From a virus, in IMG/VR virus record IMGVR_UViG_3300005393_000370: a DNA stretch of 64,000 nt; one strand, written 5' to 3'. Position 1 is the stretch's first letter. Each line of letters begins with the position of its first letter. Position numbers and translations under genes: made by a program. The notes under the pieces were generated by a model. That model saw only the letters and a program-made list of their open reading frames with translations, made no database searches and had not been told where the DNA came from. This document shows, in pieces, positions 27,430 through 35,494 of this stretch.

Positions 27430-28050
27430 TCAGAACATCCGCAGCATGGCGTGGTAGACTTCCGCCTCGGCAATGCAGTCTGCCAAAGCGTCGTGGGGGT
27501 TCGTGTTGACGATGCCCAGCTTGGCGCACATCGCACCCAGACTCACACGCGGGAACGGCTGCGGTTCGCCCTGGAAGGCGGCCTTGTCGTTCAGGGCCAC
27601 GGCGTAGAGCATCCCGTCGCGGGCATGACTGTGGAAAATCACGTCGGTTTGTTCCACGCCCAACCATGCCTTCAAGAAGCTGGACTCGAAGGCCCAGTTG
27701 TGAGCCAGCGGGATCAGGCACTTTCGGAAGGGCAGTTTCAGGGCCTCGTACCACTCGAAGAGCCAATCGGCCACGCGGTCGGCCTCCGGGGCGTGGAGCA
27801 GCAGGTGCTCCATCGGAATCTTGTGCTTCTGCTTGGCAGCCTCGCTCTCCCGCTCGGGGTGCTGTGGCTTGACGTGTGTGTAGAATGGGCGCACGCCCTC
27901 CAAGACCTTGAAGTCGCTGTCCAGCGGCACGACGGCGATCTGGATAATCTCGTGCCAGCCGGGCCGGGTGCCGGTAGTCTCCAAGTCAACGGCCGCCATG
28001 AGGCAGCCGTTGAGGTGGACCAGGCCGGGATAGATAATCGAATCAGCCAC
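27430..28050 (-). CDS. DEDDh 3'-5' exonuclease (DnaQ-like)
   Basis: AVDLETTG, LAHNWAFE and HDALAD motifs. Confidence 0.88.
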   Translation of the reverse strand: MADSIIYPGLVHLNGCLMAAVDLETTGTRPGWHEIIQIAVVPLDSDFKVLEGVRPFYTHVKPQHPERESEAAKQKHKIPMEHLLLHAPEADRVADWLFEWYEALKLPFRKCLIPLAHNWAFESSFLKAWLGVEQTDVIFHSHARDGMLYAVALNDKAAFQGEPQPFPRVSLGAMCAKLGIVNTNPHDALADCIAEAEVYHAMLRMF

Positions 28051-28540
28051 GGCGGCTTTTCCTCCCCGGCTTCATCAGCTTCCGGCCTAGCTTCCGGGCA
28101 GTCTTCTTCCGGTCCATCGCTTTGGCGGATTTCGCCTGCGACTTCCGCACGGCCCGGAGAGCGGCCTTGACGACCGGCTCGTAGTTCGGCATGTCGTTGA
28201 GGTCGGCCGGCAACAGGCCGCGCTCGATCATTTCCTCGTAATGGATCAGCGCCATCGCGTTGAACATGATCGCGGCCAGGTGATCCTCGTCCCGCTTGCC
28301 CTGCTGGTACTTCATCAGGTGCCGCTTGAGCGAGGCCACGCAGCGGGAGAACGGCATCCCTTTCTCCCAGTTGCGCTCGGCGTACTTCTTGGCTCCCATC
28401 AGCAGCCAGTGGCCTTGACGCTCTTCCGCGAACGGGGAGATCAGGTCAGGGCGGGGCTTGTCGTCCGCCGTGTCGCGGATCGCCATGCCGTCGCCGAAGG
28501 ATTGTCGTGTGCCGCTGTCTGTCATGCCGTACTTAGCCAT
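28043..28540 (-). CDS. dATP/dGTP diphosphohydrolase-like protein (DUF5664 family)
   Basis: DDKPRPDLI, GAKKYAERNWEKG, SLKRHL and EDHLAAIMFN family motifs; start placed at ATG 28540. Confidence 0.8.
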   Translation of the reverse strand: MAKYGMTDSGTRQSFGDGMAIRDTADDKPRPDLISPFAEERQGHWLLMGAKKYAERNWEKGMPFSRCVASLKRHLMKYQQGKRDEDHLAAIMFNAMALIHYEEMIERGLLPADLNDMPNYEPVVKAALRAVRKSQAKSAKAMDRKKTARKLGRKLMKPGRKSRRG

Positions 28541-28712
28541 TCGTCTCTTCTCCAAGGTTCACAGGTGCAACTTCAAGGATGTCGCCACCGTAGTCGTCGG
28601 CGAAGGCCGCTTCGTCCTCGGGCCATTCATCGACTTCGACTTCGGCGACTAGCTCGGCTCGTAACACGGAGCGCGAGAGGAAACCGGTGGAGCGATACAC
28701 ACGAAGCGTCAT
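28533..28712 (-). CDS. small acidic hypothetical protein
   Basis: 59 aa translated by hand (MTLRVYRSTG...GEETNG); ATGA overlap with the primase stop; fills the gap in the operon. Confidence 0.55.
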   Translation of the reverse strand: MTLRVYRSTGFLSRSVLRAELVAEVEVDEWPEDEAAFADDYGGDILEVAPVNLGEETNG

Positions 28713-31381
28713 TGCTTGACTCCTTTGACCGGTTTAAGAGTCAGATCGGAAACGTAGGTCTTGTGGTAGTTGCCCTTGAAGCGTTGGTGCCGCACGGGCA
28801 ACTCCTTGCTCACGCGAATCTTTGTCCAGAAGCCCCGTTCATCGGAGTGGTCTTCCGATTTGCTGAGCCAGGTTTGGAAGGCGCTGAAGAACTCAGAGAA
28901 CAGCGTGTGCTTGTCCGGCGTGTGGTCACACCGCTCATTGATGAATTGCTCCAGGGGAGTCTGGTTGTCTTCCTGGGCCGATAGCTTGCTCCCCGTGGTC
29001 ACGACCGGCAGCCGTAATCGCCCAATGATGGGCGGCAGGTCCATGTGCATGATTGTGTGGAGGAAATGCGGGGCCTCCTGGTCCAGGAAAACCTCCATCT
29101 TCGGTTTGGCGATCTTCTGTTCTTCCAACAGGTCGTTGACGCGAATCATCGTGATGCGCGTATCGCCGGGGAAGATGGGACAGTTCCGTGGGTTGTTGGC
29201 CGTCTGGACCCAGTGCGTGGCGTTCGGCTGCTCGAAGCTGTCGTGCCGCATCTTGCGAATGAGAATGGTGCGGCCGGTGCTGTACTCCTTCAACTTCGCG
29301 TGGGCACCAGGGGATTTTGTGATGTCTACCTCTTCGACCGCACAGATGATCGCGCCGGACAGCTCGCCATTAAACTCGCTGGTGAGCGCCCGTTTCGCTT
29401 GGACCACGCCTTTCGTCACGAGGCGGCTGAGTGATTCATAGAAGATGCTCTTTCCACTGTCTTCGGGTCCAAAGAAGAAGAGGTAAGGCGTTGGCTGAAA
29501 AGGATCGCGGAAGGCGCAGGCGACCCAGGCTCGCAGGTAATCGGCCCCGGTGCGGATATTCGCGTCGATGGCCCACGGCAACTCACGAAGCAACGACGTG
29601 AGTTCGTGGCCGATGTGGTCGAAGATCATATCCCAGTGAGGGTGAAAGGGAACCTCGTCGTCGGCTAGTTCGGCAGGCTTGAACTTGAATTGGGCAGCAT
29701 CGAGATTCCATTGCCGACCGCCGGGATACTCATCGCGGAAGGGTAGGTTCACCAACCGCCAGCCTCGGGCGACAGCCGCGCCCATGATCTCCTCGGCCTC
29801 CGTCTTGGGGTGTCCGAGGCTTTGCAGCACGATCTTGACATTGGAGAATGGCTGCCGCACCCATTCCCTTTCCTTCCTTATCACCCAGCCGGCGTGCTCC
29901 ACGGCGGCGGTTTCCACAGCGCGGACGATGTTGTCAAACTCGGTGAAGTCGAGATGGTCGTCTTCTTTGGCGTCCGTCTGGACCTTGAAAATCTTGACGG
30001 CCTTTCCCTTCTTTTCGTCCCAACCTTCCAGCTTTGGCTCGTCCGCCTTCCGCTCGATCTCGACGATGAGCCGGCCATCCTTGTGCGCCTTGAGCGTGAT
30101 CTTACGGCCTTCGGCAATATCGCCCGGCAGTTCGAGGCTTTCGCCGATCGCGGCGGCGGCTTGGACGGCTTTCTTCGGGTCGGTAAAGACGTAACCGCCC
30201 TGCTCCCGTTCGACGCCGCCAAACAACGTGGAAGCGGTCGCTAGGTCCGGGTAGCGATTGAAGTAGCACGTCGTCCACCCCTGGCCGTCTTGGGTCCAGG
30301 TGTCTGCCTCGGTGATGCCAGGGGAGAAGCGGTAGACCCGCCAAGCGCCGTTCGGCAACGGGAAGAGAAAACAGTTCGGCGTCCCTTTGTCCCGGCCCTC
30401 GGAGATCGTCTTGAAGACGCCGACCAGTTTCAGCGCCTTGCCCTCCGGGCCTTCCAGAAGTTCACGTAGCGCTACCGTATGTGTTTGCAGCAGGTGATGA
30501 TCGGCGACCCAGAGGGCGGTGAAGCCGGATCGCATCAGGGCCTCGATCTGGGCCTTGTGCGAATCGTCCAGTGGAACGATCTTCCGGCTGGATGCCAGCT
30601 TCTCGAACGGGTCTTGATCGTCTTCGGCGATCTCGTTGACTCGAATCTTCGCGCGCCGGCCCTTGACGACTTCAATATGGTCTCGCCAGTTCTTCGGGAG
30701 ATCATTTTCGCTCAGCCGTTGCGTGGCCGGCTTGATGATTTCCAGCCCGTGGTTTTCGACCGACATCTTGCGATGCCAAATCCACATGACGTGACCGCAG
30801 GCGTCGATTGCGCTGGCAAAGTCGAATCCGCACTCGGCAGACATCATGCCGAGGATACAGCGGGCCAGGGCGGCGTGTTCGGTGTGGTTGTCGGTGGGGA
30901 TGCCGGCGTCGTCGATGTAGACGTAAAGGTGGATACCGCCGCCCCCGGTGCTGCGGCGGACTTCGACGTAAGGCAGCGCACATGCCGCTTGCTTGACCTT
31001 TTCCAGTTCGTTTTCTTCAATGCCGATGCCCTGGGCGTGGCCGGTCAAGGCGTCGAAGTCATACCCAAAGTGCCGCGAGTGGCGGGCCTGCCAATCCCAA
31101 CCCGTCATGCCGATGCCTTCGGCGTAGAGGTCGAAGGGATAGCCGATCTTGTAGTCTTCCCACGTCGGGTCGGTGGCGGCGTTTTTCGGGATGCGGATGG
31201 AGTGCCAGGTATCGCTGCCGTTGGTCCATGTGGACTTCTTGCCGGCTACTGGTTCGCCGTCCGCAGCCGTCACGTTCACTTGGGTTTCCATTGCGACGGA
31301 CCACCGATCGACCAGATCGGCGTTGGCCGGCGTCTTGCGGGCACGAAGGAAGTTGGAGAGGGCTTCACTGGCGAGGGGCAT
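28709..31381 (-). CDS. AEP primase-polymerase fused to SF3 (D5-like) helicase
   Basis: N-terminal GYDFD and RRSTGGGGIHLY; C-terminal Walker A GPEDSGKS, Walker B VEEVD, motif C QTANN; start placed at ATG 31381. Confidence 0.88.
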   Translation of the reverse strand: MPLASEALSNFLRARKTPANADLVDRWSVAMETQVNVTAADGEPVAGKKSTWTNGSDTWHSIRIPKNAATDPTWEDYKIGYPFDLYAEGIGMTGWDWQARHSRHFGYDFDALTGHAQGIGIEENELEKVKQAACALPYVEVRRSTGGGGIHLYVYIDDAGIPTDNHTEHAALARCILGMMSAECGFDFASAIDACGHVMWIWHRKMSVENHGLEIIKPATQRLSENDLPKNWRDHIEVVKGRRAKIRVNEIAEDDQDPFEKLASSRKIVPLDDSHKAQIEALMRSGFTALWVADHHLLQTHTVALRELLEGPEGKALKLVGVFKTISEGRDKGTPNCFLFPLPNGAWRVYRFSPGITEADTWTQDGQGWTTCYFNRYPDLATASTLFGGVEREQGGYVFTDPKKAVQAAAAIGESLELPGDIAEGRKITLKAHKDGRLIVEIERKADEPKLEGWDEKKGKAVKIFKVQTDAKEDDHLDFTEFDNIVRAVETAAVEHAGWVIRKEREWVRQPFSNVKIVLQSLGHPKTEAEEIMGAAVARGWRLVNLPFRDEYPGGRQWNLDAAQFKFKPAELADDEVPFHPHWDMIFDHIGHELTSLLRELPWAIDANIRTGADYLRAWVACAFRDPFQPTPYLFFFGPEDSGKSIFYESLSRLVTKGVVQAKRALTSEFNGELSGAIICAVEEVDITKSPGAHAKLKEYSTGRTILIRKMRHDSFEQPNATHWVQTANNPRNCPIFPGDTRITMIRVNDLLEEQKIAKPKMEVFLDQEAPHFLHTIMHMDLPPIIGRLRLPVVTTGSKLSAQEDNQTPLEQFINERCDHTPDKHTLFSEFFSAFQTWLSKSEDHSDERGFWTKIRVSKELPVRHQRFKGNYHKTYVSDLTLKPVKGVKQ

Positions 31382-31471
31382 CGGTGTTTCTCTAAGGCCG
31401 CGTCGGTCGATCCTCGTCGAGCGTATAAACGCGCTCAGCGCGGACCTTCGAGACGGGTCCGCGTCCACACC

Positions 31472-31547
31472 CCTACACAAGACTCCCAAATCTCTTGGAT
31501 TTTCAGGAATTGCTGAAAAAACCCGAGTTTTGGGAGTCTTGTGTAGG
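31472..31547. repeat. long inverted repeat between divergent genes
   Basis: perfect 19-bp arms CCTACACAAGACTCCCAAA (31472-31490) and TTTGGGAGTCTTGTGTAGG (31529-31547), plus inner TTTTCAG/CTGAAAA. Confidence 0.9.
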
Positions 31548-31551
31548 TGTC

Positions 31552-32532
31552 ATGTCTGACGCGGACGCAACGACGCCTAATCAACCCGATGAATTTCGCA
31601 CGATTCCTCTGGCCGAAATCATCGAGCCGTGGGTGATTCTGCGGATCGTCAACCGGGAAGCGGTCGAGTACCTGGAACTGCGAGACTCGATCGCGCACCA
31701 GGGCCTACTCAATTCGATCTGCGTGCGACCGTCTGTGCGCCGGCCGGGCTACTACGAGGTAGTGGATGGCCTCTACCGCTACACGGCCGCACAGGAATTA
31801 CGGCTGCCCGCGCTGCCTTGCGTCGTCAAGCACAACCTGACGGACCAGGGCGTGTTGGCGATTCAGATACAGGCGAACGCGCTGCGGCCGGAGACGACGG
31901 TGATTGAGTACGCCCGTCAGATCAAGCGGATCATGGACGCTATCGCGGCCCGAGAGAAAAGGGACGCTACGCTGGCCGAAGTGAGCAACTTGATTCACAA
32001 GACCCCGGAGTGGATTCGCCAGCAACTCGGCCTGCTGGAACTACGAAAAGACATCCAGAAGGCCGTCGAGCGCGGCGAGATTCCATTACGGTCAGCTTAC
32101 GTGCTCGGCAAGCTGCCGCGAGTTCAGCAGGCGCAGCTTCTCGCCCTGGCGAAGTCTGCCTCGGCAAAGGAGTTTGTGTTGATTGCAGGCCGGGTGGTTC
32201 GGCGGATTCAAGAGGATGCCCGGCAGGGGAAACTGCACGACTATTGCCGGGATTTCCAGCCGGTGCCGCACTTGCGGCCGTTGAAGGAAGTGCTCGCGGA
32301 GTACCGCGAGCATCGTCTGGGCGGCTTGGCACTGACAGCCGCCAAGAGTCAAACCGCCGTGGACGGTTGGTATCTGGCTCTGCAATGGGCGCTGCATTTG
32401 GACGAAGACAGCATCCGCGAACAGCGAGAGAAAATCCTAGTGAGAACACGAGCGACGATCTTGGAACGGAGGGTAGACCTATGTGACGCAACCGAGACTG
32501 GCAACGAAAACCTGAACGACAACGACGAGTAA
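31552..32532 (+). CDS. ParB/Srx N-terminal domain protein with HTH
   Basis: ELRDSIAHQGLLNSICVR, YEVVDGLYRY and N..R; central HTH; start placed at ATG 31552. Confidence 0.85.
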   Translation: MSDADATTPNQPDEFRTIPLAEIIEPWVILRIVNREAVEYLELRDSIAHQGLLNSICVRPSVRRPGYYEVVDGLYRYTAAQELRLPALPCVVKHNLTDQGVLAIQIQANALRPETTVIEYARQIKRIMDAIAAREKRDATLAEVSNLIHKTPEWIRQQLGLLELRKDIQKAVERGEIPLRSAYVLGKLPRVQQAQLLALAKSASAKEFVLIAGRVVRRIQEDARQGKLHDYCRDFQPVPHLRPLKEVLAEYREHRLGGLALTAAKSQTAVDGWYLALQWALHLDEDSIREQREKILVRTRATILERRVDLCDATETGNENLNDNDE

Positions 32533-32571
32533 CGCACCTTCTCGAATCCTGAAACCTGGAGAAAGAACATC

Positions 32572-33312
32572 ATGTCCGACAACACTGCAATCGTCCCCGT
32601 CAACTTTGGCCAGCTCCCCAGCACCCAACTCGGCACCGATGACCAGTTCGCCGAACTGGCGAAGGGCGGCGACTACCTGGGACGGATGCAACTCTACACA
32701 AAGAGCAAGGCCAACATGAAGGGCCTGATCCCCCAGGGCCATTACGGCATCCCGGAGGGCGACGAGGAAATCACCGATCTCGGGCCGAACGTCCACGTTC
32801 TCCCGCTGGCCCGCCGGCCGAAGGCCATCGACATGACCGACATGGAGGCGCTGGTCATTTCCTACGACATGGAGAGCGAGGAGTTCAAGCGGATCGCCGC
32901 AAAGAGCGCCGAGGCCGATTCGCACTGCCAGTACGGCCCCAGCTTCCTAGTGTATGAGGAGAGCACCGGCCGGTTCCTGGAGTTCTTCTGCGGCAACAAG
33001 TCGAGCCGGATCGAGGCGAAGAAGATCTTTCCGTTCCTTCCGCTTACCCAGGCCGACATCGACGCCAAGGCGGCGGCCGGCAACGACGCGAGCAACCTCA
33101 AGCCGCACGGCCCGGTCCCGGTGACGCTGAAGGTCAAGGTCGCCGAGAACCGCAAGGGCACCTGGCACGTCCCCGTCGTGACGCTTTGCACCACGCCGTT
33201 CGGACGCCTGCCGTCCGAGGAAGTGATCGTGCGGGAGATCACGAAGTTCCTCACGGTCAAGGATAACGGTGTCGAGAAGGTCCAGGACGCTCGCCCGGCC
33301 CGCGCTCGCTGA
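32572..33312 (+). CDS. putative single-stranded DNA-binding/annealing protein
   Basis: 246 aa, GGAGA RBS, replication context, beta-rich C-half (VTLKVKVAENRKGTWHVP); function inferred only. Confidence 0.4.
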   Translation: MSDNTAIVPVNFGQLPSTQLGTDDQFAELAKGGDYLGRMQLYTKSKANMKGLIPQGHYGIPEGDEEITDLGPNVHVLPLARRPKAIDMTDMEALVISYDMESEEFKRIAAKSAEADSHCQYGPSFLVYEESTGRFLEFFCGNKSSRIEAKKIFPFLPLTQADIDAKAAAGNDASNLKPHGPVPVTLKVKVAENRKGTWHVPVVTLCTTPFGRLPSEEVIVREITKFLTVKDNGVEKVQDARPARAR

Positions 33313-33582
33313 TCGTCAGTAAACCGGCTGGGCCTCTGATGCACGCTTACCACAGCCGGTATTTGCTCTCGGGTGGACCCGCTGCCACCGGCCCCGCCCG
33401 AGTTCTGTTCACCGGCCTGTCAATGGCCTACACGCTGACAGGTGGTCGGGCGGCGGTGGCGACCGCCCGGCTCTTCTATTCCGCTTGGCCTCGGCCTGAC
33501 CGTGGGAAGCTGGAACAGGTGTGCCACGGCCTCAGCCGGATCGTCGGCGAAGGGGATTCCAGCAAGCGGAAATCAACAAACC

Positions 33583-34107
33583 ATGATGCCGGATTGCGTG
33601 CTGATCCAAGTTCCGTCCATCGACTTCCGCACCTTTGTTGGCTTGACCAACAAGGCGCTAGGGCGCTCTCCGGCTGCGTCGTCGGACGCCTGCCGCCGGC
33701 ACCTGTCGGATGCCGAGCGGTTCCTAAGCTGCTTGGCCGCCATGCGGGACGAGAAGGCCCCGGCAGGATTCCCGCCACACCTGCTAAGGCATGTCTCGTT
33801 CAGCGCGCTGATCGGAGCGGATGAGCGGGACATGCTGGAAATCCTGCAAGTGGCGAGTATGCCGTTTGTAGCGGTGGAAACGATTGCGAGGGGCGTCCAG
33901 ATCGCCGTCGTGACGGGAACCCTGGACCAGTGGCGCGATGCCATTATATCCGGCTGCGCCAAAGGCGTGCCGACCTCGGTGCGTCATTGCTTCAACAAGC
34001 TGCATGGCCTCTTCACCGCCGCTGGTCTGAAAGTCTGGCCGGATTACTCCTCTCGGCCCAATCACGACCAGACCTACTTACTGCTGGAAGACAAAAGAGG
34101 CCGGTAG
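33583..34107 (+). CDS. degenerate ThyX-fold-like protein
   Basis: HLLRHVSFSALI and AVVTGTLDQWRDAI...SVRHCFNKL resemble ThyX EHxxFTF and TxNxRxW...EIR segments; RHRx7SxRY motif absent; start placed at ATG 33583. Confidence 0.4.
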   Translation: MMPDCVLIQVPSIDFRTFVGLTNKALGRSPAASSDACRRHLSDAERFLSCLAAMRDEKAPAGFPPHLLRHVSFSALIGADERDMLEILQVASMPFVAVETIARGVQIAVVTGTLDQWRDAIISGCAKGVPTSVRHCFNKLHGLFTAAGLKVWPDYSSRPNHDQTYLLLEDKRGR

Positions 34108-34147
34108 CCACTCTCGATTTGAGCCCGTTTGGCAATCTCTCACGGGA
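34108..34147 (+). promoter_or_regulatory. bipartite 40-bp element, copy 1
   Basis: CCACTCTCGATTTGAGCCCGTTTGGCAATCTCTCACGGGA, ending about 30 nt before the MTase start. Confidence 0.75.
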
Positions 34148-34177
34148 AGAACTAACGCATCTTTTATCCCGAACCGT

Positions 34178-35494
34178 ATGCACCCCTTCTTCGACCACGA
34201 CAACCTGACGCTCTATTGCGGCGATCTGCGGCAAGTGCTGCCGACGTTGCCGGAGAGCAGTGTGGACTTCGTGGTCACGGACCCGCCCTACGGCCTGGAC
34301 TTCATGGAGAAGGATTGGGACCACGACGTTCCCGGCCCGGAGTATTGGCGGGCGATCTACCGTGTGGCAAAGCCTGGTGCGCTGCTGCTGGCCTTCGGCG
34401 GCACGCGGACCTATCACCGGTTGACCTGCGCGATCGAGGATGCCGGCTGGGAGATTCGGGACAGCTTGTTGCGGCTTTTCTCGCAGGACGCGCGTTTATA
34501 CGACTTATGGGAGAGCCTCGACGGCTATCAGCGCAAGCTACTCTCGGACCTGATTGCGCCTGGGCAACTGCTCACCTGGTTGCAGGGGCAAGGTTTCCCC
34601 AAGGCTGCCGACATCGGCAAGATGATCGACAAGGCCAAAGGAGCCAAGCGCCAAGTCGTCGGCACGAAGGTTGGCCTGCCAGGCTACTCCCTGGCTGACA
34701 ACGGCCGAACCAACGACATCTACGGCGACCTACACAATCCGCCAGCCGAGTGCGCCATCACCGCGCCGGCCACGCCCGAGGCCGCCCGATGGACCGGCTG
34801 GGCCAATGCCCTGAAACCGGCCTTCGAGCCGGTGACGCTGGCGATGAAGCCGATGGATGGCACCGTCGTCCACAACGCTCTAACGCATGGTGTGGCGGGC
34901 ATGAACATCGACGCCTGCCGCATCGGCGATAACCCTGGCTACAAGTACAAAGCTGACCGGAACGGCACCACCTTTCATGGCAAGCAGGGTGAGCGGATCA
35001 AGCAGACGGCCGCGAAGAAGGGCGCTCAGTTCATCGAGTCCACGAAGGGTCGTTGGCCGGCAAACCTGCTGCTGGATGAAGAGGCGGCCGATCAGTTAGA
35101 TGCCCACACCGGGACGCTGACAAGTGGAACCGGCACCGTCAGGTCCAAGGCCGGCGATGGCTACCACGGCGGCATGGGAAAGGCCAGAGATGCCCAAGTT
35201 GCCTATGGCGATTCCGGCGGCGCTAGTCGGTTCTTCTACACGGGCAAGGCCACGACGAAAGAGCGGGGAGAAGGCAACGACCACCCGACCGTCAAGCCCG
35301 TGAAGCTGATGGAATACCTGCTCAAGCTGCTCTCCACGCCGGACGGTGGCGTGATCCTCGATCCTTTCGCCGGCAGCGGCTCGACGCTGCTGGCCGCCCA
35401 ACGCCTCGGCCGTCGTTGCATCGGCGTGGAGCTGACCGAGCACAACTGCAACATCATCCGCAATCGCCTGATCGGAGGATCGCATGTCGGTTGA
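34178..35494 (+). CDS. N6-adenine/N4-cytosine DNA methyltransferase, beta class
   Basis: VVTDPPYG near the N-terminus; HPTVKP and ILDPFAGSGST near the C-terminus. Confidence 0.92.
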   Translation: MHPFFDHDNLTLYCGDLRQVLPTLPESSVDFVVTDPPYGLDFMEKDWDHDVPGPEYWRAIYRVAKPGALLLAFGGTRTYHRLTCAIEDAGWEIRDSLLRLFSQDARLYDLWESLDGYQRKLLSDLIAPGQLLTWLQGQGFPKAADIGKMIDKAKGAKRQVVGTKVGLPGYSLADNGRTNDIYGDLHNPPAECAITAPATPEAARWTGWANALKPAFEPVTLAMKPMDGTVVHNALTHGVAGMNIDACRIGDNPGYKYKADRNGTTFHGKQGERIKQTAAKKGAQFIESTKGRWPANLLLDEEAADQLDAHTGTLTSGTGTVRSKAGDGYHGGMGKARDAQVAYGDSGGASRFFYTGKATTKERGEGNDHPTVKPVKLMEYLLKLLSTPDGGVILDPFAGSGSTLLAAQRLGRRCIGVELTEHNCNIIRNRLIGGSHVG

